This document shows, piece after piece, positions 41,644-49,280 of a stretch of DNA of 49,957 bases. Under the pieces are notes generated by a model. That model was not told the origin of the DNA. It searched no databases and worked only from the letters and a program-made list of their open reading frames with translations. Origin of the DNA: Candidatus Micrarchaeaceae archaeon (GTDB lineage Archaea > Micrarchaeota > Micrarchaeia > Micrarchaeales > Micrarchaeaceae); the NCBI GenBank assembly GCA_050013715.1, contig JBEKES010000002.1, positions 1-49,957 on the forward strand, read 5' to 3'. A program made the translations under genes and the position numbers. Numbering within the stretch: the first letter of the stretch is position 1; every line of letters starts with the position of its first letter.

Positions 41644-41868
41644 TTATCTTCTTCCCTTTCTGTTCATTTTTGCACGTGCTACATATCCGCCTTTGTCTAT
41701 GAAATATAGATATCCTTTTTCTCTCTTTACTCTTTCACCTCCAACCTTTGCCTTTCTTCCTCTCTTGTTTGTCTTCATTGGAGTTTTCCATACGTATTCG
41801 TCCTTACCTAAGAAGTAAAGATATCCATCTTCTCTTTGTATTTTTTCTGATCCAATTCTTTCTGCCAT
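41644..41868 (-). CDS. Small basic protein with internal duplication
   Basis: Two copies of (K/R)(I/V)G.E...RE.GYLYF..K..YV....M; GGTGA RBS. Confidence 0.8.
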   Translation of the reverse strand: MAERIGSEKIQREDGYLYFLGKDEYVWKTPMKTNKRGRKAKVGGERVKREKGYLYFIDKGGYVARAKMNRKGRR

Positions 41869-42033
41869 GTTTTCACCATTCTCTATATCGCTGAATAGAT
41901 TTAAATACCTATCGTCGATACGCCGTCAGAGAGATAAAATTGTTTAACGGCAAAAAAAGCACCAAACAAGGCAATGCGACGTTATTATGCTTATAAATCT
42001 TTCTAATCTAATACTACTATTAGAAGTGAGTTA

Positions 42034-42768
42034 ATGATAGAAATAAAACTATTTAGCGAAGGCAATTTCAAGGATTATACTTTTATAGAGGGGTTTCCTG
42101 GCGTAGGATTGGTAGGTCCAATGACCATAAGCTACATAATAGACAAGCTGCAGATGAAATACATAGGTTACGTCGACAGCGAAAATTTCCCACCACTTGT
42201 TTCAATACACAAGGGAAATCCTGTACCTCCCATAAGAGTATACTCTTCAGAAAAGGAGAAAATCATTACCATATTTGCAGAATTCTCCATCCCTGTCGAA
42301 TTGATCGCTGAATTGAGCAAGGTTGTATACCAATTTATAAAATCCAAAAACATCACAAAAATATACTCGATAGGAGGAATACCCATGAATGATGAGGACA
42401 AAACCGCATTCCTGATATCCTCAACTGGGGGAACCATAACAAGCGCCCAGGCAAACGGATTGAAGCCGATAGAAGAGGGAGTTGCAACCGGAGTAAGCGC
42501 GCTTCTGCTGGTAAAGGCTTCTATAGAAAAGCTTCCTGATACCTGTATAATGGTACCGGTAAAGCAGAACATAATAGATCCCATATATGCTGAAATAGCA
42601 ATTCAGAACCTCAACAAGTTGATGAACCTTAACATAGATATAACGGATCTTGACAAAGAAGCTAAGGCGGTAGAAGCTAAGATAAAGGAGCTCATAAACA
42701 AGCACAAGGAAACGCATGAAAGCTACAAAACAGCTGTAGACAATTCAGGGCCATCGATGTACGCTTAA
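42034..42768 (+). CDS. PAC2 family proteasome assembly chaperone
   Basis: EGFPGVGLVG, PPIRVY, C-terminal MYA HbYX motif. Confidence 0.9.
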   Translation: MIEIKLFSEGNFKDYTFIEGFPGVGLVGPMTISYIIDKLQMKYIGYVDSENFPPLVSIHKGNPVPPIRVYSSEKEKIITIFAEFSIPVELIAELSKVVYQFIKSKNITKIYSIGGIPMNDEDKTAFLISSTGGTITSAQANGLKPIEEGVATGVSALLLVKASIEKLPDTCIMVPVKQNIIDPIYAEIAIQNLNKLMNLNIDITDLDKEAKAVEAKIKELINKHKETHESYKTAVDNSGPSMYA

Positions 42769-42777
42769 TCTTCTGTT

Positions 42778-42893
42778 GCAGGGGTTGCGGAGTCTGGTCA
42801 GGCAAAGGGCAAAGCGCTTAGCCACGGAAAATCGCGCAGGACTTAAGATCCTGTGGTCTAGCACCTTCGTGAGTTCAAATCTCACCCCCTGCA
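42778..42893 (+). tRNA. tRNA-Leu(TAA) with non-canonical D-loop intron (about 42799-42830)
   Basis: GCAGGGG/CCCCTGC acceptor, CAGGA-CTTAAGA-TCCTG, long variable arm, GTGAG-TTCAAAT-CTCAC; about 32 extra nt in D loop. Confidence 0.9.
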
Positions 42894-42971
42894 CACTAGA
42901 CATTAAATCGACTGTAAAATTGGACGAAAGTTATAAGTATCTAATAAAACAGAGTTAAAATAGTGATAAAA

Positions 42972-43331
42972 GTGTCTAATACTAAAATGAAACCGATAGG
43001 CGAGCGATTAAGATCTTCTGCTGGACCATATCTAATGAAAATTGGGGAGTTAAATGAAGCTAAAATAAGATGTAAATTTCGCATCTTATTAGGAAACAAC
43101 TCTAGAATAAGCAAAACAATGAAAGAATTACTACTTAAAATATATGAATACAGACCACCAAATGAGGAACCTCCTAAGTTAGATGTAAAAAAGAATCACA
43201 AGGCAATTTCTGAATTAATTAGTGGGTGGTTAATTGTTAGAGACGAGAGCAATCCAGAGGTATTTACCCTTACAGCAGATGGTTTCGGCGTTGCTTCTCT
43301 TCTATCTTGTGAACAATTAAAGAGAAAGTAA
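42972..43331 (+). CDS. Cassette ORF 1: hypothetical, winged-helix-like; paralog of 44157-44477
   Basis: MKELLL...AISELI...FTLTADG...QLKRK. Confidence 0.7.
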   Translation: MSNTKMKPIGERLRSSAGPYLMKIGELNEAKIRCKFRILLGNNSRISKTMKELLLKIYEYRPPNEEPPKLDVKKNHKAISELISGWLIVRDESNPEVFTLTADGFGVASLLSCEQLKRK

Positions 43332-43376
43332 TGGTAAATATCATTTTCTTCAGAGAACATAACTCAGAGACAAAAT

Positions 43377-43408
43377 CTCACCCCCTGCACACCAGATGTC
43401 AAATCGAC
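43377..43408 (+). repeat. tRNA-Leu 3'-end/trailer repeat, copy 1
   Basis: CTCACCCCCTGCACACCAGATGTCAAATCGAC vs CTCACCCCCTGCACACTAGACATTAAATCGAC at 42881-42912. Confidence 0.95.
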
Positions 43409-43476
43409 GACAAAACAGAGCCTTGAATCAAAAAGATAATATTATAAACATCAACTTTTTTATGTAATTGGTAAAT

Positions 43477-43992
43477 ATGGCAAAAAAGAAAGGATCTAAG
43501 TTAAAATATTTAGTATTAGCAGTTATACTAATTGCAATTGTCGCATTTTTAATTCTGCCTGAGCATTGTCTTCAAACTTCTACTGGTGGAAATCCATGTA
43601 TAACACAATCTGGATTTCTTTGTCAAAATCCAACATTTAATCCAAATACAGGAAATATAAGCGTAGTTATGGGTCAAAACATTGGTACAAATTGGACTAA
43701 TGTCTATATGGTATTTGTACCTGTAAACTTTACTAATACAACTAATGGAGTGCCAAATGTATCATTCACTCCACCTAATGCGGTATATCTTCCAAGATTG
43801 AACAGTGGTACAGTAACACCTAATCTTACATTTCATATAACTGCCCCAAATACATGCAGTTACGAAGCTGGTACTATTTGGGCAAGTTATACAGTAGATG
43901 GAGTTAATCAATACTATCAAATGGCTTCTATGGGTTTTCATTTTGCTAAATATTCATACTTGACCTATTGGCTACTCCCCCCAAGTATATGA
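43477..43992 (+). CDS. Cassette ORF 2: membrane-anchored pilin-like protein
   Basis: N-terminal TM; CITQSGFLCQNP...TGNISVVMGQ, shared with C-terminal domain of 47671-48552. Confidence 0.7.
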   Translation: MAKKKGSKLKYLVLAVILIAIVAFLILPEHCLQTSTGGNPCITQSGFLCQNPTFNPNTGNISVVMGQNIGTNWTNVYMVFVPVNFTNTTNGVPNVSFTPPNAVYLPRLNSGTVTPNLTFHITAPNTCSYEAGTIWASYTVDGVNQYYQMASMGFHFAKYSYLTYWLLPPSI

Positions 43993-44064
43993 ATTATAGT
44001 CAAGATAAACATATTATAGACAAATATATCCAACAAAAAAGACATGGAACCCAGATGGGTAATG

Positions 44065-44096
44065 CTCACCCCCTGCACACTAGACGACAAATCGAC
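44065..44096 (+). repeat. tRNA-Leu 3'-end/trailer repeat, copy 2
   Basis: CTCACCCCCTGCACACTAGACGACAAATCGAC. Confidence 0.95.
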
Positions 44097-44156
44097 GACA
44101 AGATGAAAAATAAAGCTATAAATATCTATTAAAACAAAGTTAAAATAGTGATAAAC

Positions 44157-44477
44157 ATGACAAATATACAAAGAACAACAGAATCTAAAATAGTTAGACA
44201 ATTAACTTTAATAAACACTTCAAAAAATAGTGTAAGAAAGCATTTTGTAGCTCTATCAAGAGACAATTCTCCTATGGGTAAAGCTATGAAAGAGTTATTG
44301 TTAGATGTGCATCACAATAGTTACATAATTGTAGCAAACATATCTGCACAAAAAGGACTTTCTGAATTGTTGGACTTAGACTTTGTTATGTATAATAATC
44401 CAAGGGAATTTGGTTTAACTGATTATGGTAAACAAGTTGTTGAACTTCTACTAGCGAATCAGCAAAAGAGAAAATAA
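44157..44477 (+). CDS. Cassette ORF 3: hypothetical, winged-helix-like
   Basis: MKELLL...GLSELL...FGLTDYGKQV...QQKRK. Confidence 0.7.
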   Translation: MTNIQRTTESKIVRQLTLINTSKNSVRKHFVALSRDNSPMGKAMKELLLDVHHNSYIIVANISAQKGLSELLDLDFVMYNNPREFGLTDYGKQVVELLLANQQKRK

Positions 44478-44532
44478 GATACAAATTACAGTAAATATCA
44501 TTTCTTCACAGAACATAACTCAGAGGCAAACT

Positions 44533-44564
44533 CTCACCCCCTGCACACTAGATGTCAAATCGAC
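44533..44564 (+). repeat. tRNA-Leu 3'-end/trailer repeat, copy 3
   Basis: CTCACCCCCTGCACACTAGATGTCAAATCGAC. Confidence 0.95.
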
Positions 44565-44621
44565 TGTAAAATTGTACAAAAGTTATAAATATTATCTAAA
44601 ATAGAGTTAATTGTGTATAAA

Positions 44622-45101
44622 GTGGATGTTATGAAAAGAACAATCAATAATAATTGGGTAAATCAAGTAAGGAATTCCAATCCTGATGAGCTTTTAAGTA
44701 CAGGTTTGAGTAATATATCTCACTATGTATCAAAGAAAGGTGGAGTAGTCGGTGGTTATCTAAGATTAAAAAGAGAACAAAAGGAAATTATTATCAAATA
44801 TTTAATTGAACCTGTAATACCTTTAGCGGCTCATGCATCAGTACAACACTGCATGCTCATATCCCGTATTTATGCAAGCAAACCATTAGATCCTTACCAA
44901 ATAGAAGAAAAGCATATGGCAAGAGCCATATTAAAGATTGCTGATTATAATTTAGTTGACATAGTAACTGGAAATCGTAAATTACAATTGGCAATAAATG
45001 AAGAATACTGTGAAATAGTAGGAAACGGATTAAGCATCAGACAGATAGTAAGAGGAAAAGCAACTGACAGAAAAAACCCTCCTTCTATTCAAAGAACTTA
45101 A
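44622..45101 (+). CDS. Cassette ORF 4: hypothetical protein
   Basis: ORF after TATA box; start GTG 44622 or ATG 44631. Confidence 0.65.
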   Translation: MDVMKRTINNNWVNQVRNSNPDELLSTGLSNISHYVSKKGGVVGGYLRLKREQKEIIIKYLIEPVIPLAAHASVQHCMLISRIYASKPLDPYQIEEKHMARAILKIADYNLVDIVTGNRKLQLAINEEYCEIVGNGLSIRQIVRGKATDRKNPPSIQRT

Positions 45102-45137
45102 CCTAAAGAAAAAGACACGGAATCCAGATGGGTGATT

Positions 45138-45169
45138 CTAACCCCTGCACATTCCTATTTAAAATCGAC
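45138..45169 (+). repeat. tRNA-Leu 3'-end/trailer repeat, copy 4 (diverged)
   Basis: CTAACCCCTGCACATTCCTATTTAAAATCGAC. Confidence 0.85.
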
Positions 45170-45227
45170 TGCGAAGTCATGCAGAAGTTATAAATATCTA
45201 ATAAAATAGAGCAATATCTGTGGTAAT

Positions 45228-45764
45228 GTGGATCAACAACAGAAGATTATTTCTGGAGCAAAAAAGACAATAGAAGGATCTACACGCCTTAATTACGTAA
45301 GGGAAAGGCTTAATGAAATTAGGCAAGTAAGATCTGATCCATTGTACATAGACAGTTTATTACACATGTTGAAGGACAAAATGGTAAGCAAATCTGATAC
45401 TTTAAGAGCCGATGTGATAAAAGAACTGGGTGAAATTGTAGTATCAAAAATGTATGGTCTAGATTTGGATTCAAGTTACCTACCTCTTCAAATTGATTTG
45501 ACTCCAAAAAGATTAAAATTAATTTTTGAAACACTTGCAACTATAGCGACGAAAAAACCCACAAGCCATAATATAGCAAGCAGAACAGCTGCAATAATTG
45601 TTTCAAAAAAAATTCGCAAAACCTTCAGGATGGTGGGTATGACCTATGAAACCCTTGATGCTTATGTGCGAATTAGAACATCTATGGATGAAGAGTACGC
45701 CCCAAAGTTGCGTAGACTTCTCAGGAAAAGGGGTTTGATAACTGAAAAGAATCCTGCAGTGTAA
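45228..45764 (+). CDS. Cassette ORF 5: hypothetical; paralog of 47043-47558
   Basis: IKELGEIVVSKMYGLDLD...LQIDLTPKRLK. Confidence 0.75.
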   Translation: MDQQQKIISGAKKTIEGSTRLNYVRERLNEIRQVRSDPLYIDSLLHMLKDKMVSKSDTLRADVIKELGEIVVSKMYGLDLDSSYLPLQIDLTPKRLKLIFETLATIATKKPTSHNIASRTAAIIVSKKIRKTFRMVGMTYETLDAYVRIRTSMDEEYAPKLRRLLRKRGLITEKNPAV

Positions 45765-45805
45765 GAAAAGGTTAAAGCTTAGATCAGCAATTGTTTATTG
45801 ATTTT

Positions 45806-46255
45806 ATGGAAAGATCTCCATTAAAAATATCAAAAGCTAAAAAGAATGACGCCACAAAAATCTACCTTTTCGGGAAAAAAATAAAAGAGCTTAATTTCTC
45901 TTCTAAATATCCATTTCATGAACTTAGTGAAATAAAAGAATTTCTTTCTAAACCAAAAGAAAATATCTTTTTAATTGCAGAAATTGATGGAAGAATTACT
46001 GGATTTTTATTTGCTAAAATATTAGCGCACAGCGCAGGAGGTTGGTGCATGCTAGACAACCTGGCTGTCAGCCAGAATTATAGAAACAAAGGATTGGGCA
46101 AACAAATTCTCAAGGAATTTTATAAAGAAATAAAGGCCAAGAAAATAAGATATGTACAAATTCTTGAATCGAACAACAAGATGACAAGGCAGTTCTGGAA
46201 GAATAATGGCTATAGGGAAACAAAGACATTCATCTGGGCAGAAAAGAGGTTATAA
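45806..46255 (+). CDS. GNAT acetyltransferase
   Basis: LIAEIDGRITGF, LAVSQNYRNKGLGK, FWKNNGY. Confidence 0.85.
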   Translation: MERSPLKISKAKKNDATKIYLFGKKIKELNFSSKYPFHELSEIKEFLSKPKENIFLIAEIDGRITGFLFAKILAHSAGGWCMLDNLAVSQNYRNKGLGKQILKEFYKEIKAKKIRYVQILESNNKMTRQFWKNNGYRETKTFIWAEKRL

Positions 46256-46338
46256 ATCAATTTAACTTTCTTAAATAGAATTGATACATAAAAAACAAAT
46301 GCTTTTATATCTAAACGATTACTAGTCTTATCGATAAA

Positions 46339-46920
46339 ATGCAATTCCTAAAAAAGGAAAGGCAAGAATTTACAAGTTCCAACTTCTATAAATTCCTCGG
46401 CCTTGAAGAGTATCCCAAGTCACTCGATTCAGTACGTATTGCTCATGCTTCTAGAGTTGCATTGCTGCGCAGGTATGTAGAAAAGGATCCAGATATCAAA
46501 TATCAGATAAAGCTTGCATTCAGCGCATATTTATTCGCAAGGATACACGAGTATGAATTATGGGATTTAAAAACCGAGAATAGGATTGCCATGGCAAAGG
46601 AGGATGCCAAGAGCATGGAACTCATAAAAGATTCCTCTGGCCCTAAAGTTGCCCAAAGGTGGGAATGGGAGCAAAATATGAGATTTTTAAAAAAATTCGG
46701 CTGGACAAGCATTGCAGCTGGAATGGTATCACTTGCCGCTATTCCAGAACTATCGCGAAATGGCATAGATCCAAATCCTTTCAAATTTGGGATATGTCTT
46801 GTTGCCGTACCATTGATATGTCTTGGCGCATACGCATTCAAAGAAGCTAGTGAGATAAAAGACATGCTAAGGTATTCACGTTCTTACAGTGAATACGACC
46901 AACCAGAATCTGGACACTAA
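46339..46920 (+). CDS. Hypothetical membrane protein (two C-terminal TM segments)
   Basis: 193 aa; N-terminal FYKFLGL weakly J-domain-like but no HPD. Confidence 0.65.
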   Translation: MQFLKKERQEFTSSNFYKFLGLEEYPKSLDSVRIAHASRVALLRRYVEKDPDIKYQIKLAFSAYLFARIHEYELWDLKTENRIAMAKEDAKSMELIKDSSGPKVAQRWEWEQNMRFLKKFGWTSIAAGMVSLAAIPELSRNGIDPNPFKFGICLVAVPLICLGAYAFKEASEIKDMLRYSRSYSEYDQPESGH

Positions 46921-46929
46921 ATCTGATAA

Positions 46930-46984
46930 TCTAGCATATTTTTGAGTTCAATTATCTTCTTGAACATTTCTACATTAAATCTAC
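46930..46984 (+). repeat. Highly decayed tRNA-Leu 3'-half/trailer, copy 5
   Basis: TCTAGCA...TGAGTTCAA...ACATTAAATCTAC aligns with tRNA TCTAGCA...TGAGTTCAA...ACATTAAATCGAC. Confidence 0.65.
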
Positions 46985-47042
46985 TGCAAAGCCATGCAAA
47001 AGCTATAAATATCTAAAATGACAGAGCAATACCAGTGATATT

Positions 47043-47558
47043 GTGACTTCAAATAAACTAAATTTGGCTAAACAGAACTCTTTTGACAGAACTCTCGATT
47101 CAGTGCAAACAAAACTTTCTGAAGTAAGGGTTATGCGATTCCAAACTGGATATATAGATGCAATAATATCATTTGCCATGGATAAGACACTATCAAAAAA
47201 ATATGACGGATTCAGAGCCATGGCCATAAGGGAAATTGGCGAAATAGTGATAGATAAAATGTATGAAATTAATTTAGATGCAAAGTTCCTGGCTCTTCAG
47301 GTTGATCTAACGCCTAAAAGATTAAAACGAATCTATGATACGATAAACGATATTGCAGCAAACGAGAAACCCACGAGGGAAAATAAGCAGAGCATAGAAG
47401 CTGCAAAAATCATGGCTGACAATCTGCTCAAAACTTTTGGAGCCATGGAAATAAATTATGATTATATATTGAAAATTATAGAAACTCGTGAAGCTGTAGA
47501 TACTACTGTAAGGCCCACATTACGTACACTATTAAGGCAGAAAGGAATAATGCCCTAA
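47043..47558 (+). CDS. Hypothetical protein; paralog of 45228-45764
   Basis: IREIGEIVIDKMYEINLD...LQVDLTPKRLK...LRTLLRQKG. Confidence 0.75.
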   Translation: MTSNKLNLAKQNSFDRTLDSVQTKLSEVRVMRFQTGYIDAIISFAMDKTLSKKYDGFRAMAIREIGEIVIDKMYEINLDAKFLALQVDLTPKRLKRIYDTINDIAANEKPTRENKQSIEAAKIMADNLLKTFGAMEINYDYILKIIETREAVDTTVRPTLRTLLRQKGIMP

Positions 47559-47670
47559 TAAATAAAACCAAAATTTAGACGGATAAAATATTATCGGCCA
47601 GAAAAGGCAAGATTAAAACCTATTCCTAAAACCGAAAGAATATATGTTTTAGCTATGATATGCTATTGGT

Positions 47671-48552
47671 GTGTCATTGCCAAAAAAAGCAAAATCCAAT
47701 CAAAGCAAGAAGATACCAATTGGAATTACTGTGCTTGGCATAATACTTGCTGGAATAATAGGCGCGCTTTCAGGAACCTATTCATCAATCATATTCAGCA
47801 ATCTTGGGAGCATTTTCGTAATCCTAAGGAGCAGCATTCTTTTCATTGCAGGGATATTCAGTTTTCTTCTTGCCTATGGCCTTTGGAAAGGTGCAAAGTG
47901 GGGCTGGTGGCTGGGAATTACTGTCTCCATTGCGCTAATACTTACCATAATCGTATTGAATTTCCTGTGCTTCATATTGGGAATAATAATATTCTACTAT
48001 CTAATTAGGCAGAAGACGAGAAAATACTTCAACATGTTCAGCGCCCAGAGCGCAATGGAATATTTGATGACCTACGGCTGGGCGATACTAATTATCGCAA
48101 TAGTATTGGGTTCGCTGTTCTCACTGGGCGTATTCAGCAGCAGTTCTTTGCTGGGCAATGCCTGCGTTGCACAGTCAGGATTCACCTGCCAAACTCCTGT
48201 ATACAATCATCAAACCGGTAACATAATAGTGAATATAGGGCAGGAAACCTATTCCAATTGGCTCTCTGCAACGTTCGTATTCGTGCCTCAAAGCGTTCCC
48301 TATGCTGCAAACGGAATACCCTCAATTTCATTTGTATCAAATCCTGCAAATACCTTCTATCAAATGGGAGGTTTACAATCTGGACAAATCGTAACCGTTA
48401 CGCTTCCTGTTTCCAATGTTACTTCCATACCTGTAAGGGTAGGCACATCTACCGTGGGAACAGTATGGGCGTATTACACATTACTTGGGCCCAATGCGCA
48501 GCCGCTTGTGCAATATGTCAAAATCGCCTCCATAAGCATCAAGGCATCATAA
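47671..48552 (+). CDS. Membrane domain fused to class III signal peptide/pilin-like domain
   Basis: N-half resembles 41206-41607; internal AQSAMEYLMTYGWAILII. Confidence 0.75.
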   Translation: MSLPKKAKSNQSKKIPIGITVLGIILAGIIGALSGTYSSIIFSNLGSIFVILRSSILFIAGIFSFLLAYGLWKGAKWGWWLGITVSIALILTIIVLNFLCFILGIIIFYYLIRQKTRKYFNMFSAQSAMEYLMTYGWAILIIAIVLGSLFSLGVFSSSSLLGNACVAQSGFTCQTPVYNHQTGNIIVNIGQETYSNWLSATFVFVPQSVPYAANGIPSISFVSNPANTFYQMGGLQSGQIVTVTLPVSNVTSIPVRVGTSTVGTVWAYYTLLGPNAQPLVQYVKIASISIKAS

Positions 48553-48647
48553 TACCGCTAAAACCTAAATTTAAGCCAAGCTTTATATACCATTACGAAC
48601 AGAAAGAACTCTACTTGTTTTTACCATTTTATGGTAGATAAAATTCA

Positions 48648-49124
48648 ATGGGAGCTGTAATAATGTTAACATATATTTCAAGCGTAAAGAGTAAAATAGA
48701 ACAGGAAAATAGGAAAAGAATAGCGAATGATCCTAGATCTACTTCAGCCAAACTCCAAAAACTTGTGGAATACAGCAACCCAAGCATTGCGGTGCTTAAT
48801 GCAATATTAAGGCATAACAACGTATCCGCAAAAACGGTTGATGATATTGGACGCATTGCCCTGTATGCAAAAGAATATGAACTTGCATTAGCTGCTGCAA
48901 CAAATCGCATGCTATCTCAAAGAACCAGAAAAGAAATGTACGAATTCATGATCCAAAATCCTTCACTGTTCGCCGAAACTACCAAGTATGATGCGAACTT
49001 TCAAACGCCTGGCAAGCTAAGGACCCACAGGGAATTAATACTTGAAGCGCTCCAAAGGAGCACACCTCAATTACTAAGGGGCAGTCAAAACAGCGCAGAT
49101 TACGTAATTCAGATTAGAGCGTAA
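48648..49124 (+). CDS. Hypothetical protein with LRV/HEAT-like helical repeats
   Basis: RIANDPRST..L..L, ILRHNNVS, AAATNRMLS. Confidence 0.6.
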   Translation: MGAVIMLTYISSVKSKIEQENRKRIANDPRSTSAKLQKLVEYSNPSIAVLNAILRHNNVSAKTVDDIGRIALYAKEYELALAAATNRMLSQRTRKEMYEFMIQNPSLFAETTKYDANFQTPGKLRTHRELILEALQRSTPQLLRGSQNSADYVIQIRA

Positions 49125-49280
49125 AAAGCATGACTTTAAATGAAAAACAGCAAGTTATTTAAATTCTAAATACAAACTTTACTTGCCTTATATACTTCTA
49201 CTACAAGGCAAATCAATAAACCTATAAAGTCTATGCAGAACAGAGTTTAGATTAACTAGTTGTAATATTCAGTGTTTTTT

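Noticed and set aside
42776..42958. 60 aa ORF
   Set aside because: Overlaps tRNA-Leu; spurious.
42881..45169. CRISPR array interpretation of the 32-nt repeats
   Set aside because: Spacing is 468-688 bp with whole ORFs between repeats, the repeat derives from the tRNA 3' end, and no cas genes are present.
46339..46920. DnaJ/J-domain protein
   Set aside because: FYKFLGL resembles helix I, but the HPD motif is absent (KDPD).
47655..48641. Cys-rich ORFs 47655-48008 and 48258-48641
   Set aside because: Alternative-frame shadows of the 47671-48552 gene.
42893..49124. Provirus or autonomous integrative element
   Set aside because: No recognisable integrase, capsid, packaging ATPase, primase or transposase ORF.
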